A stretch of 64,000 bases of DNA, from assembly GCA_020184695.1 (NCBI GenBank), contig JAANOX010000265.1, forward strand, positions 123,210 through 187,209, read 5' to 3'. Position 1 is the first letter of the stretch. Every line of letters begins with the position of its first letter. The notes below the pieces were generated by a model. That model was not told where the DNA came from. It saw nothing but the letters and a program-made list of their open reading frames with translations, and did no database searches. The DNA comes from Histomonas meleagridis 2922-C6/04-290x (lineage: Eukaryota; Protista; Parabasalia). This document shows, in pieces, positions 62,955 to 64,000 of this stretch. A program made the translations under genes and the position numbers.

Positions 62955-64000
62955 ATGAATCTTTTTGTTATCATGTTAATAAGCACAATCAATTCCATTT
63001 CTTTGATATCTAACATAAATTACACAAATCCAAGTGAACATCATGCAAAATTTGTATTAGAAGAAGATGATCAAATTGTTTCAGCCACTGGAAATTTCAT
63101 AATTCATTCGAACAACAGTTCAATTAATAACACAAATGAGTTATTTAATAAACACATAAATTTTTCTCGCGACTGTAATAAGTTTGTTTCAAATAATGTT
63201 TTAAGCTCTCAGTCATGCAAAGAAAATTTTCAAACGATCATTGTGAATACCACATATACAGATGGGCATACTCAAATAATGGAAAATAATCTCACTCAAA
63301 CACTTTCTTTCCTGAATACGAATGGAAAATATACATTCAATGTGACTGTAGGTGCTACTGGAGCTGATGTAAGTTATGTAGAAGTAGTCGGAAATACAGA
63401 ATTTTGGAAAGATGGTGATAAAATTATTCTTTTTGACAATTCATACGAAAGTTATACATATATGTATAATGCATCGAAAAATTTGTGGGTTGCTGTTAAT
63501 CCTTATTATTTTCAAAGCACGAGTCCCGTTAATATCTATGCATACTATGCACCATATCTATTGGACGGTAATACCAAAATTAACACAAGCAAAATGCAAA
63601 TTACAAATGAAACGCAAAGAGATATAGATTTTTTATATTCATCAATTACTATTTCGTATAATACGCCTGCTAGTTTTGTTTTTCAACATTGTATGTCTAA
63701 TTTATTGATATGCATTCAAATTAGTAATTTTTCTAATTGGAAATTTTATTTAAGTGGGATAATTCATGAAGGTACTTTTAATACGAATAATGGAACAACA
63801 TCTATTGATTCAACAGCATTGCCTCTTGATGAATGGGATATTACAAATAATACTTATTATGATAATATAAAAAATAATACGCGCACTTACAAAATGATTT
63901 TGTTTCCACAATCACTTAAAAATGGAATTTTATTTACAGCAATATCTGATGAATATTCATATAATGAAACAATTAAAATCAATGAATTATTACCTGGCGT
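62955..64000 (+). CDS. Secreted or surface Asn/Thr-rich protein, partial (runs off the window)
   Basis: MNLFVIMLISTINSISL signal-like start. The frame stays open to base 64000 and has many NxS/T sequons. Not in the ORF track. Confidence 0.75.
   Translation, partial: MNLFVIMLISTINSISLISNINYTNPSEHHAKFVLEEDDQIVSATGNFIIHSNNSSINNTNELFNKHINFSRDCNKFVSNNVLSSQSCKENFQTIIVNTTYTDGHTQIMENNLTQTLSFLNTNGKYTFNVTVGATGADVSYVEVVGNTEFWKDGDKIILFDNSYESYTYMYNASKNLWVAVNPYYFQSTSPVNIYAYYAPYLLDGNTKINTSKMQITNETQRDIDFLYSSITISYNTPASFVFQHCMSNLLICIQISNFSNWKFYLSGIIHEGTFNTNNGTTSIDSTALPLDEWDITNNTYYDNIKNNTRTYKMILFPQSLKNGILFTAISDEYSYNETIKINELLPG

Noticed and set aside
14-63627. Numerous 60-150-aa ORFs antisense to or nested in long genes, or in AT-rich intergenic DNA
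   Set aside because: Shadow frames with no motifs, explained by the overlapping real genes or by base composition.

Overview
A very AT-rich, gene-dense, nearly intron-free eukaryotic segment. The gene families (ankyrin and DUF3447-type ankyrin, BTB-F5/8, R2R3-Myb, divergent Rabs, RNI-like LRR, TA-targeting Tc1 and pogo elements) and TCA(C/T)T Inr-like motifs before start codons point to a parabasalid such as Tritrichomonas or Histomonas; this is an inference. Recognisable housekeeping genes are RPL13A, two Rabs, an eIF2B-gamma-like gene, UVSSA, ATG5, a NOSIP-like gene, a giant HECT ligase, a CSN3-like gene and a CAMK kinase. Two genes look bacterial in origin: a heparinase II/III-like lyase with a transmembrane anchor and a SnoaL-like cyclase. 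The main discovery is at 42133-47824, an apparently unit-length (about 5.67 kb) endogenous CRESS-DNA virus. It encodes an open HUH-SF3 Rep, a capsid, further ORFs and a decayed amphipathic peptide gene, and contains a perfect 43-bp palindrome and a 20-nt repeat array. It is bounded by a 15-bp direct repeat and imperfect subterminal inverted repeats that would rejoin into one large hairpin on circularisation, and I found no canonical nonanucleotide. The second notable signal is in two ankyrin loci (17483-19553 and 60026-60685): clean 90-nt ankyrin coding blocks are separated at the same position by 60-81-nt AT-rich spacers built from about 20-nt units. Most of these spacers break the frame or contain stops and cannot be removed as GT-AG introns, so they are candidate non-canonical introns.
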